This document shows positions 10,132-20,703 of a stretch of DNA of 64,000 nucleotides, in pieces; within the stretch, counting starts at the first letter, position 1; each line of letters starts with the position of its first letter. The DNA comes from an uncultured cyanobacterium. Its GTDB lineage: Bacteria > Cyanobacteriota > Cyanobacteriia > Cyanobacteriales > Nostocaceae. The notes beneath the pieces were generated by a model, which had not been told where the DNA came from, searched no databases, and saw nothing but the letters and a program-made list of their open reading frames with translations. The stretch is from NCBI GenBank assembly GCA_963706595.1, contig OY970166.1, positions 992,001 to 1,056,000 on the forward strand. Direction: 5' to 3'. The translations under genes and the position numbers were made by a program.

Positions 10132-11484
10132 TCAATTATGAATCAGCAACTGTAGATAAGCATTAAATCTGGCATTTTGCAAATCTTGAACTGCTATCCG
10201 AGAATCTTTCACGCAATATTGCCAACCCAAGCGCACCAATTGGCGAGAATTTTCTGATTGTATAATTCCAATCACTGGCGTTTTGGCATTTTCCTTATCC
10301 CCTGAGTGTTGTTGTAAAATTGTTTTTAAATTATGTTGTGTTTGGATGTCACCTGCTTGTTGAGGATTGAGTTCCACCATTAACATTTGGACTGATTCAA
10401 CTGGTTCTACATCTTCAACAATCAGTTGAGTTTGGTCATCTCGCCTGTCTACTTTACCCCAGAGAATTAACCGCTTATCAACTATGAGTTGTTCACTGAT
10501 GCGTTCATAAGTTTTGGGAAAAACAATGGCTTCCGATTGTGTAGTTAAATCTTCTATTTGCAAAATTGCCATTTGCTCGCCTTTTTTGGTCATCACTTTT
10601 TTGACATTATTCAGCATGATGACCGCACAAACTTTTGTATCTTCTTTTTCGCCATTAAGTTGGGAAAGGTTAATAGGAGTCAGCACTGATGCGGCTTTCC
10701 TTAAAGATTTTAATGGATGCTCTGACACATAAAAACCCAGCAATTCTTTTTCCTTACGTAACTTTTCCTGCGGGGGAATATCCGCCACAGGAGCAGCTTT
10801 AGGAACGGCTTCAAAAGCATTACTTGCTGTTTTATTATCCGTAAAACTACCACCTAAACCTGAAAAATCAAAGAGATTTCCCTGACCGCTAGCCCGATCT
10901 TTATCGCGGGATTGCGCCCAATCGTAAACCAGTCCTAAATCATTAATCAACTGTTGCCGATTTGATTCAATTTTGTCAAAGGCTCCACAGTAAATTAAGG
11001 ATTCCACAGTGCGGCGGTTAACAGCACGCAGATCAACGCGATCGCAAAAATCAGCAAGGGTTTGAAATTCGCCGCCCTCATCTCTGGCTGACAAAATCGA
11101 GGCGATCGCATTTTGTCCCACATTCCGCACTGCTGTAAATCCAAATAAAATCTTCCCGGCGGCTGGTGTAAAATCTAACCCCGAACGATTAACGTCTGGT
11201 GGGTCTATGACAATACCCATATTCGCGCAGTTATTAATATATTTCTGCACTTTATCGGTATCGCCACTGTTCGCCGTCAACAGCGCCGCCATATACTCTA
11301 AAGGATAATTAGCTTTTAAATATGCAGTTTGATAAGTGACATATCCATAAGCAGTTGAATGGGATTTATTGAAACAATTGGAGGCGATTAAACCATTTTT
11401 AATCGTAAAATTATGGTAACGCTCAACCCCAATATCATAGACATTCTCTCTGCCTACAAATTTACGAGCCGTGATTTTGACCAT
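10132..11484 (-). CDS. dnaE: DNA polymerase III alpha, C-terminal half, with N-terminal split intein Int-C
   Basis: 36-aa Int-C ending HNF...IASN followed by extein CFNKSHSTAY; HhH and OB domains. Confidence 0.96.
   Translation of the reverse strand: MVKITARKFVGRENVYDIGVERYHNFTIKNGLIASNCFNKSHSTAYGYVTYQTAYLKANYPLEYMAALLTANSGDTDKVQKYINNCANMGIVIDPPDVNRSGLDFTPAAGKILFGFTAVRNVGQNAIASILSARDEGGEFQTLADFCDRVDLRAVNRRTVESLIYCGAFDKIESNRQQLINDLGLVYDWAQSRDKDRASGQGNLFDFSGLGGSFTDNKTASNAFEAVPKAAPVADIPPQEKLRKEKELLGFYVSEHPLKSLRKAASVLTPINLSQLNGEKEDTKVCAVIMLNNVKKVMTKKGEQMAILQIEDLTTQSEAIVFPKTYERISEQLIVDKRLILWGKVDRRDDQTQLIVEDVEPVESVQMLMVELNPQQAGDIQTQHNLKTILQQHSGDKENAKTPVIGIIQSENSRQLVRLGWQYCVKDSRIAVQDLQNARFNAYLQLLIHN
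11377..11484 (-). other. DnaE split-intein C fragment (36 aa)
   Basis: MVKITARKFVGRENVYDIGVERYHNFTIKNGLIASN, with Cys as the +1 residue. Confidence 0.93.
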
Positions 11485-11514
11485 TTTTCTTAACCTGCAA
11501 AAAAAATAAGTAAA

Positions 11515-11660
11515 AGGGAGTAGGGAGTGGGGAGTGGGGAGTGGGGAGTGGGGGAGAAGAAGAATGGTTGTTAAGTAACCGGAAGTTAGTTTAAAATAAT
11601 TTCTTACTCTCCCTTGCTCCCTGCTCCCTGCTCCCCTGCCTCTTCTGGGGAGTGGGGAAT
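11515..11660. repeat. STRR-type short tandem repeats
   Basis: (GGGGAGT)n followed by (CTCCCTG)n. Confidence 0.85.
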
Positions 11661-11722
11661 GACCCCTGTGTTCGGCGCTCCTGCTTCTTGTTGGACTCGC
11701 TCAAAATAATTCTAGACCTCAA

Positions 11723-11840
11723 TAGGACTTACGCATAATCTACGTTTTCTTGGCGTTCTTCTCCCAAGGGGAGACGCTACGCGAAGGCGACTTGGCGGTT
11801 CGATAAATCAAGATTTTTGGAAATTGTGGCGTAAGTCCTG
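11723..11840. mobile_element. MITE with AGGACTTACGC terminal inverted repeats
   Basis: TAGGACTTACGC...GCGTAAGTCCTG flanked by 5-bp duplication CTCAA; sister copy at 41067-41160. Confidence 0.75.
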
Positions 11841-12238
11841 CTCAATAGGCGTTTTCACTTCATCAAGAGTAACGGATGCTGGAGCAAACCCTGTATTACC
11901 AATGATTTTTGGCAAGGGGATTGATGGTGAAGCGAATGGTGCTAGTATAGTCAAAATATAAGATAAGTAGACAACGTAAAAGGTATTTCCGAGTTGAAAT
12001 ACTAATTAAGCCAATCTAGCGATTTCGTAGTCTACCAACTAAATAAACACACAAAACCGGTTTGTTATAGTACGGCAGGACAGTCCGGATTTTAGGCTTG
12101 GGGAGAAAATGCCTCTACTTTGATATGCTGTGTCAAAGCAAGCAGCTTCGTAGAACCAAGAATTTCCTGATTTATAATCAGGGAAGTGTCAAAATTGAAT
12201 GTCTGGGTAAAGTTAACAGGATTAGATTAAGGAAACTC

Positions 12239-12847
12239 ATGTCCCGATATAGAGGGCCACGCCTCAGAATTGTCCGTCGCTTAGGCGAATTGCCAGGATT
12301 AAGTCGCAAAACTGCTAGACGAGCCTATCCACCAGGCCAACATGGTCAGAACCGCAAAAAACGTTCTGAGTATGCAGTCCGTCTCGAAGAAAAGCAAAAA
12401 ATTCGGATGAACTACGGTTTGACCGAAAAGCAACTGCTGCGCTATGTGCGTAAAGCTAGACGCGTCACTGGTTCTACCGGACAAGTGCTGCTACAAATGC
12501 TAGAAATGCGCTTGGATAATACCGTTTTTCGCTTGGGTATGGCTCCCACGATTCCAGCTGCTCGTCAACTGGTAAATCACGGTCATGTCACAGTTAACGG
12601 TAAGCGAGTTGATATTGCTAGTTACCAGTGCCGTCCCGGTGAAGTAGTTGCAATTAGAGACAGGGAAGCTTCACGGAAGTTGGTAGAAGCCAATTTGCAA
12701 TATCCCGGTTTAGCCAATCTCCCCAGTCATCTGGAATTTGATAAAGCTAAATTGACTGGTAAAGTTAACAGCGTCATTGAACGAGAATGGGTGGCGTTAC
12801 AAGTTAATGAACTGCTTGTTGTGGAATACTACTCACGTCAAGCTTAG
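12239..12847 (+). CDS. rpsD: 30S ribosomal protein S4
   Basis: [16 protein letters not shown]...LEMRLDN...VVEYYSR; true start ATG 12239. Confidence 0.98.
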   Translation: MSRYRGPRLRIVRRLGELPGLSRKTARRAYPPGQHGQNRKKRSEYAVRLEEKQKIRMNYGLTEKQLLRYVRKARRVTGSTGQVLLQMLEMRLDNTVFRLGMAPTIPAARQLVNHGHVTVNGKRVDIASYQCRPGEVVAIRDREASRKLVEANLQYPGLANLPSHLEFDKAKLTGKVNSVIEREWVALQVNELLVVEYYSRQA

Positions 12848-12870
12848 TTATTAGTCTTTGGTCATTGGAG

Positions 12871-12932
12871 TGTGGATTTAATAAAATATAGAACCTCACC
12901 CCCAGCCCCTCTCCTTAGTAAGGAGAGGGGAG
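12871..12932. repeat. Dispersed palindromic repeat (CCCCTCTCC...GGAGAGGGG family)
   Basis: Near-identical inverted copy at about 29638-29699; related copies near 21797, 26475, 32890, 33835, 40905, 45617, 53837, 58757 and 62509. Confidence 0.85.
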
Positions 12933-13023
12933 TCTTTGATGGAAGTTAAAGATGGAGTGCAGTAATAAAACAAGATTTGCACGTGATTTCATTCACAAAT
13001 GACAAATGACCAATGACCAATGA

Positions 13024-14010
13024 CTAACCCCCAATTTGCGACATGGTACGGCTGTAAAGACCGACTGTACCAGAGTCGCGCTCTTTAAAGTTAATTTCTG
13101 GTTTGATTGCTAATAGCTGTTTGACTTGTTCTTGAAGTTTGTCAGTGCTAGTTCCAGCACGTAGCGCCGTTTTTAAATCAATTTGCCCAGTTTCATTGAG
13201 TAGACAGGGACGCAGCCAACCATCGGCAGAAAAGCGCATTCGGTTACAGCGATCGCAAAAACATTCTGACATTTGACTAATAAATCCCAGGGTTCCCTTC
13301 GCGCCTGGAATTTGAAAGACATCAGCCGGACCCGCACCACAAACTTGGGATGTTGTCAAGCCCCAGCGATCGCGGATACGTTGGCGTAAGTCCTCTGAAG
13401 ATACCCAACCGCGATCGCCAAATAAATCGCCATTACCAATAGGCATAAACTCAATAAATCTGACGTGCCATTGCTTATCAATGGTTAACGCCGCTAAATC
13501 CAGAATTTCATGGTCATTGACACCAGGAATCACCACCACATTCAGCTTCAAAGGGTTAAATCCTACACTGTATGCAGCTTGAATCCCGCGCCAAACTTGT
13601 TGCCAACGAGAACGACCACGATTGCCGATAATTTGGTCAAAGGTGTCTGAGTCAAGGGAATCTAGGCTAATATTTATCCGCCGGAGACCAGCATCATAGA
13701 GGTTTTGGGCTTGGGAGGCTAATAGAAACCCGTTGGTAGTCATAGAGAGGTCTTGGGTTTGGGGTAAAGATGCGATCGCCTGGATTAAATCTGCCACACG
13801 AGGGCGCAGCAAAGGTTCCCCACCCGTCAACCGAAACCGGGTAAAACCCACAGGAATAAATACCTCTTGAATCAGCGTCAGCAATTCCTCATCAGTTAAT
13901 AATTCTTGCTTAAGCAGATAATCTAATTCTGCCCCCTCTGGCATACAGTACTGACAACGAAAATTACAGCGATCAATAAGGCTAATTCGGAGATAGTCTA
14001 CCTGGTTCAT
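13024..14010 (-). CDS. moaA: GTP 3',8-cyclase
   Basis: [19 protein letters not shown] radical-SAM motif, CxxC/C cluster and C-terminal MSQIGG; true start ATG 14010. Confidence 0.97.
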   Translation of the reverse strand: MNQVDYLRISLIDRCNFRCQYCMPEGAELDYLLKQELLTDEELLTLIQEVFIPVGFTRFRLTGGEPLLRPRVADLIQAIASLPQTQDLSMTTNGFLLASQAQNLYDAGLRRINISLDSLDSDTFDQIIGNRGRSRWQQVWRGIQAAYSVGFNPLKLNVVVIPGVNDHEILDLAALTIDKQWHVRFIEFMPIGNGDLFGDRGWVSSEDLRQRIRDRWGLTTSQVCGAGPADVFQIPGAKGTLGFISQMSECFCDRCNRMRFSADGWLRPCLLNETGQIDLKTALRAGTSTDKLQEQVKQLLAIKPEINFKERDSGTVGLYSRTMSQIGG

Positions 14011-14044
14011 GGTTTCGTGTTTATTCTCTATCCTACAAAGTGCT

Positions 14045-14245
14045 GAGTGGGGAGTGGGGAATAGGGAATGGGGAGTGGGGAGTGGGGAATGGGGAGTGGG
14101 GAATAGGGAATGGGGAATAGGATTCAGACTTGTCCCCTGCCCCCTGCCTCTTCTCCCCTGCCCCCTGCACCCTGCCCCCCTGCCTCTTCTGCCCCCTGCC
14201 CCCTGCCCCCCTGCCTCTTCTCCCCTGCCCCCTGCCCCCCTGCCT
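14045..14245. repeat. STRR array (G-rich block then C-rich block)
   Basis: (GGGGART)n followed by (CCCCCTG)n. Confidence 0.9.
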
Positions 14246-14251
14246 CTTCGC

Positions 14252-14845
14252 TCACTGGCGGTTAATATCTTGCAGGTCAAGAGCATAATTCAATCGCAGC
14301 ACATTCACTCCCGGCTCACCAAAAATCCAGAGAAATCTTCTATCAGTAAATCTATTAATTAAAGGTAATATTTCATCTTCTCTGATATCACGGGAGCCAG
14401 CAACTCGCCTCAACTGCTGCCTTGCTGCGCTCAAAGAAATATGTGGATCTAAACCAGAACCAGAAGTATAAATTAAATCAGCAAGGGGTTGAATATTATC
14501 ATCTCGAAATTGATTTGCCTTGGCGACAATTCGATCTAGCAGGGCTGGATTGCTAGGAGCAAAATTGCTAGCACCAGATATGCCAGTTGGACTTGCCTGT
14601 TCTCCTTGGCTATATCTCACACTACTGGGACGACTGTGAAAATAACCATCGGATGTGAATGTCTGACCAATTAAAGCCGAACCAATTGCTTGTGCTTCTA
14701 CATTCGCCATAATGCTGCCATTAGCTTGAAATGGAAACAAAGTTTGACCCATGATCAAGATTGCCAGAGGATAGATAATTGCCGTGAGTAACCAAAGCAC
14801 AAGAGTCATGCGAACAGCTTTGATAATTTCTCGAATAAAAGTCAT
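14252..14845 (-). CDS. kdpC: K+-transporting ATPase subunit C
   Basis: [31 protein letters not shown] and VNVLRLN. Confidence 0.95.
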   Translation of the reverse strand: MTFIREIIKAVRMTLVLWLLTAIIYPLAILIMGQTLFPFQANGSIMANVEAQAIGSALIGQTFTSDGYFHSRPSSVRYSQGEQASPTGISGASNFAPSNPALLDRIVAKANQFRDDNIQPLADLIYTSGSGLDPHISLSAARQQLRRVAGSRDIREDEILPLINRFTDRRFLWIFGEPGVNVLRLNYALDLQDINRQ

Positions 14846-14969
14846 ACAATTTGGGATTTTAGATTTTAGATTTGGGATTTTGGTGAAGCAGGGCTTTACA
14901 ACTACGCTCAGGGTCAAAGTTATTGATGTTATTTATATTTTTTATTCACCCGCCCAATACTCTGTTTTT

Positions 14970-17063
14970 TTACCCCAATCCAGTTGTGGCAATTAGCGTA
15001 TCTATAAACTTAATAGCGATAAACGGTGCAATTAAGCCACCCAAACCATAAATCAAGAAATGGCGTTGTAGCAATTGATTTGCTGTCAGGTATTTTAACT
15101 GCACACCTCTCAAAGCCAAAGGAATTAAAGCAGGAATAATCAAAGCATTATAAATTAGTGTCGATAATACAGCAGAATTAGCGCTGGACAAATTCATAAT
15201 ATTCAAACTTTGCAGATTAGCGGCGGTAAAGATGAATGGGATAATTGCCAAGTATTTAGCAAGATTATTCGCCAGGGAAAATGTAGTCAAAACTCCACGG
15301 GTAATCAGTAATTCCTTACCAATATTCACGATATCAATCAGCTTTGTGGGATCAGAGTCCAAATCTATAATGTCGGCTGCTTCTTTAGCAGCTTGAGTAC
15401 CTGTATTCATGACAACACCAACATTTGCCTTTACTAGGGCGGGAGCATCGTTAGTGCCGTCTCCTGTCATGGCTACGACTTTACCTGCTACTTGTTCTCT
15501 GTGAATAACCCTAACTTTCTCCTCTGGCGTAGCTTCAGCAATAAAGTCATTTACTCCGGCTTCGTGGGCAATCACAGATGCGGTAATCAGGTTGTCACCA
15601 GTGATCATGATCGTGCTGATGCCCATGCGGCGTAACTGCTCAAAACGTTCCCGGATACCAGGTTTAATGATGTCTTTGAGATAAATCACCCCATAAATCT
15701 CCTGATCTAGACAAACTGCTAGGGGTGTACCACCTTGTTGAGAAATTCTTTCGTAGACAGCATTCAGTTCTGAGGGTGCTTGTCCATTACGCTGACGGAT
15801 AAATTCTCTAATTGCTCCTACTGCTCCCTTACGGGCTTCACGCCCCCCAGGCAAGTTTGTGCCACTCATCAGGGTTACGTCAGAAAATTCCACTCCTACA
15901 GCTTGGTTGGTGTCAAAATCAAATTGAGCGCCAAGGCTTTGTGCCAGTCGGATAATTGATTTGCCTTCAGGTGTATCGTCAAATACACTAGCTGCCCAAG
16001 CAACATGAGCCATTTCCTGTAATGAGTGGCCATTAATCGGGGTAAACTCTTCTGCCAAACGATTGCCAAGGGTAATTGTGCCTGTTTTGTCAAGAATGAG
16101 GGTGTTGACATCGCCACAGGCTTCTACGGCTCTTCCAGAGGTGGCTATGATGTTAAATTGAGCAACCCGATCCATGCCAGCAATACCAATGGCGCTTAAT
16201 AATCCGCCGATGGTAGTGGGAATCAGCGCTACCAACAGGGCGATCAAAATTGGGACGCTGACTGGACTTTCGATATAGTATGCGTAAGCGGGCAATGTGG
16301 CCACGGACAAGAGACAGACTAAGCTCAGAACGGCTAGTAAGATTGTTAAGGTAATTTCATTTGGTGTTTTGCTGCGGTTTTTTCCTTCTAATAAAGTAAT
16401 CATCTGGTCAATAAACCCTTGATCAGGGTCAGATGTGATGCGGACAATCAGTTCATCAGAGATGATCCGCGTACCACCGATTACCGAACTGGCAACATCC
16501 GAGCCTGATTCTTTGAGGATTGGTACTGATTCCCCCATAATTACTGATTCATCCACCGAGGCCACACCCATGATGACTTTGCCATCAGCAGGAATGATAT
16601 CACCTGCGACCAAATAGATGGTGTCACTTTGTCTGAGGGTAGTGGAAGGCACTTCAAAAATTGTGCCATCGGCGGCAAGTTTTTTGGCGATGGTCTCTGA
16701 TTTGACGGATCGCAAGGCATCGGCTTGGGCTTTACCCCGTCCTTCAGCGAATGCTTCGGCAAAATTAGCCAGCCAAACCGTGAGAAACAAAATTCCTGTC
16801 AATAAGCCGTTAAAAAGTTGAGAGTTATTCTCTTGGGCTGTGCCAAATAAGTTAGGTTCAATGGTGAATACTAGGGTGACAAGTGTTCCCAACCAAACCA
16901 AAAACATGACGGGATTTTTAATGGCATATTTAGGATTAAGCTTGACAAAAGCATCCTTGATGGCTCTGAAATACAGTTTTTTGGGATTTAACTTGGTTTT
17001 TTTGAGGGCTTGGCGGCAATTGCCAGAACGAAATCTTGATTTAGAAGTAGGTGCAACGTTCAT
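14970..17063 (-). CDS. kdpB: K+-transporting ATPase subunit B (atypical at several conserved residues)
   Basis: DKTGT and GDGTNDAPAL motifs; true start ATG 17063; the upstream ORF extension is STRR sequence. Confidence 0.95.
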   Translation of the reverse strand: MNVAPTSKSRFRSGNCRQALKKTKLNPKKLYFRAIKDAFVKLNPKYAIKNPVMFLVWLGTLVTLVFTIEPNLFGTAQENNSQLFNGLLTGILFLTVWLANFAEAFAEGRGKAQADALRSVKSETIAKKLAADGTIFEVPSTTLRQSDTIYLVAGDIIPADGKVIMGVASVDESVIMGESVPILKESGSDVASSVIGGTRIISDELIVRITSDPDQGFIDQMITLLEGKNRSKTPNEITLTILLAVLSLVCLLSVATLPAYAYYIESPVSVPILIALLVALIPTTIGGLLSAIGIAGMDRVAQFNIIATSGRAVEACGDVNTLILDKTGTITLGNRLAEEFTPINGHSLQEMAHVAWAASVFDDTPEGKSIIRLAQSLGAQFDFDTNQAVGVEFSDVTLMSGTNLPGGREARKGAVGAIREFIRQRNGQAPSELNAVYERISQQGGTPLAVCLDQEIYGVIYLKDIIKPGIRERFEQLRRMGISTIMITGDNLITASVIAHEAGVNDFIAEATPEEKVRVIHREQVAGKVVAMTGDGTNDAPALVKANVGVVMNTGTQAAKEAADIIDLDSDPTKLIDIVNIGKELLITRGVLTTFSLANNLAKYLAIIPFIFTAANLQSLNIMNLSSANSAVLSTLIYNALIIPALIPLALRGVQLKYLTANQLLQRHFLIYGLGGLIAPFIAIKFIDTLIATTGLG

Positions 17064-17070
17064 TTTATGT

Positions 17071-17500
17071 AGGGAGTGGGGAATAGGGAGTGGGGAGTGG
17101 GGAGTGGAGAGTTGGGAGTGGGGAGTGGAGAGTTGGGAGTGGGGAATTGGGAGTGGGGAGTTGGGAGTGGGGAATAGGGAGTGGGGAGTGGGGAGTGGGG
17201 AGTGGGGAATTGGGAGTGGGGAGTGGAGAGTGGGGAGTGGGGAATTGGGAGTGGGGAGTGGAGAGTGGAGAGTGGGGAATTGGGAGTGGGATGGAAAAGT
17301 TTCTTCCCCCCTGCACCCTGCCCCCTGCACCCCTGCCTCTTCTCCCCCTGCACCCTGCCCCCTGCCCCCCTGCCTCTTTCCCCCCTGCACCCTGCCCCCT
17401 GCTCCCCTGCCTCTTCTCCCCCTGCACCCTGCCCCCTGCCCCCCTGCCTTTTCCCCCTGCGCCCTGCCCCCTGCCCCCCTGCCCCCCTGCCTCTTCTAAC
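17071..17500. repeat. About 430-bp STRR array between kdpA and kdpB
   Basis: About 30 GGGGAGT-like heptamers followed by CCCCCTG-type repeats. Confidence 0.93.
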
Positions 17501-17508
17501 TGCCTCTT

Positions 17509-19212
17509 CTAACTGCCAGAAGCTAGTTTAAAACCTTCGGCAATGGGGCCTAAAGCCAATAGGGGAAAGAAAGCCAAGATTCCCAAAATCACCACTAATC
17601 CAGCCGTGGCGGTGGTAAATAACAGTGAGTCTGTTTTCAGGGTATTAGGGGTTTCTGGTATTGTTGGTTTACGAGACATACCATCGGCTAAGAGCAAAAT
17701 GGTAATCATCGGAATGTAGCGCCCGGCAAACATACTGAAACAGGTGCTTAAATTCCACCAGAGGGTGTTATTTTCCAATCCCTGTAAACTAGAGCCATTA
17801 TTTGCAGAGGCTGAAGCATATTCATAAACTACTTGGGAAATGCCGTGAAATCCAGGGTTAGTAATTCCAGAAAGGGAAACAGGATAAGCCAATGTAATGG
17901 CACTGGGAATTAAAACTAGAATGGGATGAATCAGCAGCACTACACTGGCAAGGATGACTTCTCGCCGTTCAATTTTGCGTCCTAAAAATTCTGGGGTGCG
18001 TCCCACGAGTAACCCGGTCAAGAATACAGTCAGAATCAGGTAAACAAACAGGTATGCTGTCCCTGTTCCCTGTCCTCCCCAGATGATGCGAAGGAATAAG
18101 TTTGATAAGCTCGAAAATAATCCTTGTGGCGTTAAGGAATCATGCATCCCGTTGACTGCACCGCAGGCGGTGGCGGTAGTTATGACTGCCCAAAGTGCTG
18201 TTTGTGTCCAACCCAATCGAATTTCTTTGCCCTCTAAATTAGGCAGTTCTAATCCCAATGTGCTATTCACGAGGAAATTACCTTGTTGTTCTCCGCCCAC
18301 TGCTACCGAAATTAAAATCACGAATACTGCAAATACCATCCAGAATAGTTGCCAAGCTTGTTTAAGATTTTGAGCAAATATACCGTAGGTATAGATTAAG
18401 GATGCTGGAATGGCAATCATGGCGATGATTTCGATTAAATTAGCAGCGCCGTTGGGATTTTCAAAGGGGTGGGCTGAGTTAACGCCAAAAAAACCGCCGC
18501 CGTTATCACCCAACATTTTAATCATCTCAAAGGATGCTACTGGACCTCTGGCAATATATTGGGTTCTGCCTTCTAAGGTTTGCACAACTAAGGTGGGATC
18601 TAATGTTTGCGGTACGCCGCAGAAAACTAAGGCGATCGCACCAATCACTGAGATAGGTAGTAATATTCTCGTGATGGCACGAGTCAAATCAACGTAAAAG
18701 TTACCTAGTTTTTTGCCTGTCAAGCCGCGAATAAAAGCAATTCCTACCGCTAAACCTGTGGCTGCTGAGGTGAACATCAAAAAGCCTAAAGCTGCTACTT
18801 GGCTAAAATAGCTTAATGTGGTTTCCCCAGTGTAGTGCTGCTGGTCGGTATTGGTGACAAATGAAACAACTGTGTGCAGCAATATATCCCAGCTAGGCGC
18901 ACCAAAACCATTGGGATTCCAGGGTAGTAATCGCTGAAAAAATATTATTGCGTATACAAAAATACCCATAACTAAGTTGGTAGACAGTAATGCCCGAATA
19001 TACTGCCAACCCGTCTGTAGCTTGCCACCGTAGGCATCACCTTGACTCCGAACACCTGCTAAAACGAAGCAGTAGCGCTCTATAGGATTCATTAACGGAT
19101 CAAGCAGTGTTCTTTCTCCCAAGAAAACACGCGCCATGTATCTTCCCAAAACCGGAACGATTGCTATAACAATACACAGCGTTAAGCCGATTTGCAAAAA
19201 ACCTTGTCCCAT
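17509..19212 (-). CDS. kdpA: K+-transporting ATPase subunit A
   Basis: [32 protein letters not shown] and ANNGS motifs. Confidence 0.95.
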   Translation of the reverse strand: MGQGFLQIGLTLCIVIAIVPVLGRYMARVFLGERTLLDPLMNPIERYCFVLAGVRSQGDAYGGKLQTGWQYIRALLSTNLVMGIFVYAIIFFQRLLPWNPNGFGAPSWDILLHTVVSFVTNTDQQHYTGETTLSYFSQVAALGFLMFTSAATGLAVGIAFIRGLTGKKLGNFYVDLTRAITRILLPISVIGAIALVFCGVPQTLDPTLVVQTLEGRTQYIARGPVASFEMIKMLGDNGGGFFGVNSAHPFENPNGAANLIEIIAMIAIPASLIYTYGIFAQNLKQAWQLFWMVFAVFVILISVAVGGEQQGNFLVNSTLGLELPNLEGKEIRLGWTQTALWAVITTATACGAVNGMHDSLTPQGLFSSLSNLFLRIIWGGQGTGTAYLFVYLILTVFLTGLLVGRTPEFLGRKIERREVILASVVLLIHPILVLIPSAITLAYPVSLSGITNPGFHGISQVVYEYASASANNGSSLQGLENNTLWWNLSTCFSMFAGRYIPMITILLLADGMSRKPTIPETPNTLKTDSLLFTTATAGLVVILGILAFFPLLALGPIAEGFKLASGS

Positions 19213-20025
19213 TTATTTCGTACTCAGTTCAAGTTCAATGATAGAAAGCTAATTATTTACATATATCAAATGAATTACTCTGCTATTAAATCACGAGCAG
19301 TTTGGTAATGTCTCTTATATATAACCTCAATCTATTTTGTTTTTTTAGTTACTACTATGTTTCAGATTGTTTTTTGCAAATTTCCGTCAAAAATACCTAA
19401 ATTTTACTCTTATATAACTTGTCAATATGACTTGGTTATACAATAAATTACTGAAATTTGCTATTTTCAAATATATGCTTAAGTAAGATACATTTATCAC
19501 ATCATAGCTCTGTATTTGTATATATTTACACTAAATATTCTCTATGTCCGTAAACTAAAGTCAAAGTTAGCAAAAAATTATATTGCATATTTATTTCGAG
19601 ATGCAAGACACTCTCAATAATGCATCCTTTTTTCCAGCCCCTAAAATGTATGAGGGTATTCTTCGCTGCTGCCTTTCCTATTCTTTGTCCGACTGGTAGC
19701 AATTGTGGTTGAGTGGCGTAGAAACCACCTCCAGGGGGGACTAAACCAAGCTAGCTATGCAGGCTAATTAGACATCTTCAGATAAAAATGGTATTAGTAG
19801 GCAAAATATTAAGTTATGTGGATTAATTCCGAAAGAAATATGAGGAAAATTAGCAAGAAGAGATTGTAGATTATATAAAGTTTATCAAGGGGTGAACGGA
19901 GGTTAAATTAAAATGTCATGTACTCTTGCTTCACTTATAGGCTAAATTTTATGGCTAGGTAATTATCCCCAAGTCATAACAGCTTACTTGAGTTTTTTAC
20001 CCTTTTGAATAATCCGAGAGTTGCT

Positions 20026-20394
20026 ATGTATCAACCATATTTATCTCCCGATGATTTACCATCCAATAAAACAACGCTTCTGAGTGGGATTTGGCTCACC
20101 CAATTAGAAGAAGCCACCAAAAACAGCTTTTTCTTAGCGTGTAAGGGTACAGTACGGGTTTTGTTATCCAGTTGTCATTGGTATTTCAAAGTCAATAGCG
20201 GGATTTTGATCTTAATTTTAGTCTGTCATGATCTCAAAAGCTATCAGCATCTAATGACGAATATTCCTTATTTAGCTAATAAGTTAAAACGATTTGCTAA
20301 CCAAGCTAAAATTAGTGTCAGTTCTCCTGTTAATGGAGGTATACCCTGGATGGTTAATATCAATGAAGTTTGGACTGGGGAAGATTCATTCTAG
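20026..20394 (+). CDS. Nostocales hypothetical protein
   Basis: PDDLP...QLEE...LLSSCHW pattern; start uncertain. Confidence 0.6.
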   Translation: MYQPYLSPDDLPSNKTTLLSGIWLTQLEEATKNSFFLACKGTVRVLLSSCHWYFKVNSGILILILVCHDLKSYQHLMTNIPYLANKLKRFANQAKISVSSPVNGGIPWMVNINEVWTGEDSF

Positions 20395-20464
20395 TATTTA
20401 AATTCAAACCGCTACCAGATATATGACTTGTGTAGCACTTGTGAATCATTGAACATGGACCTAA

Positions 20465-20637
20465 GAGGTTGTTTAGAAGTCTAATTTATTACAGCCCAGG
20501 CGACTAGAAGTTGCGGCTATACAAACTAAACCCACCTTCGTGGGTTCAAAAAGTTCAATTTACATTTAGTCCGCGCAGGCGAGACGACCTTTGTGTAGTA
20601 GCGAATTATATTCGCCCAAAACTTTTCAAACATCCTC
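20465..20637. mobile_element. MITE with GAGGWTGTTT terminal inverted repeats, holding a nested palindromic repeat
   Basis: GAGGTTGTTT...AAACATCCTC flanked by TAA; sister copy at 40871-41033; interior resembles the repeat at about 1385-1557. Confidence 0.7.
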
Positions 20638-20703
20638 TAAATTAAATATGCTTGTTATAAAACCCTTGTAGAGACGTTCTGTAGAACGGCTCTACATTCT
20701 TTA

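Noticed and set aside
16840..17531. Several overlapping ORFs rich in PTPHS or GSGEW
   Set aside because: They are translations of stop-free STRR arrays. The same artefact gives false N-terminal extensions to kdpB and moaA.
19213..20000. c-di-AMP (ydaO) riboswitch or NtcA box upstream of kdpA
   Set aside because: I could not find the consensus elements by eye.
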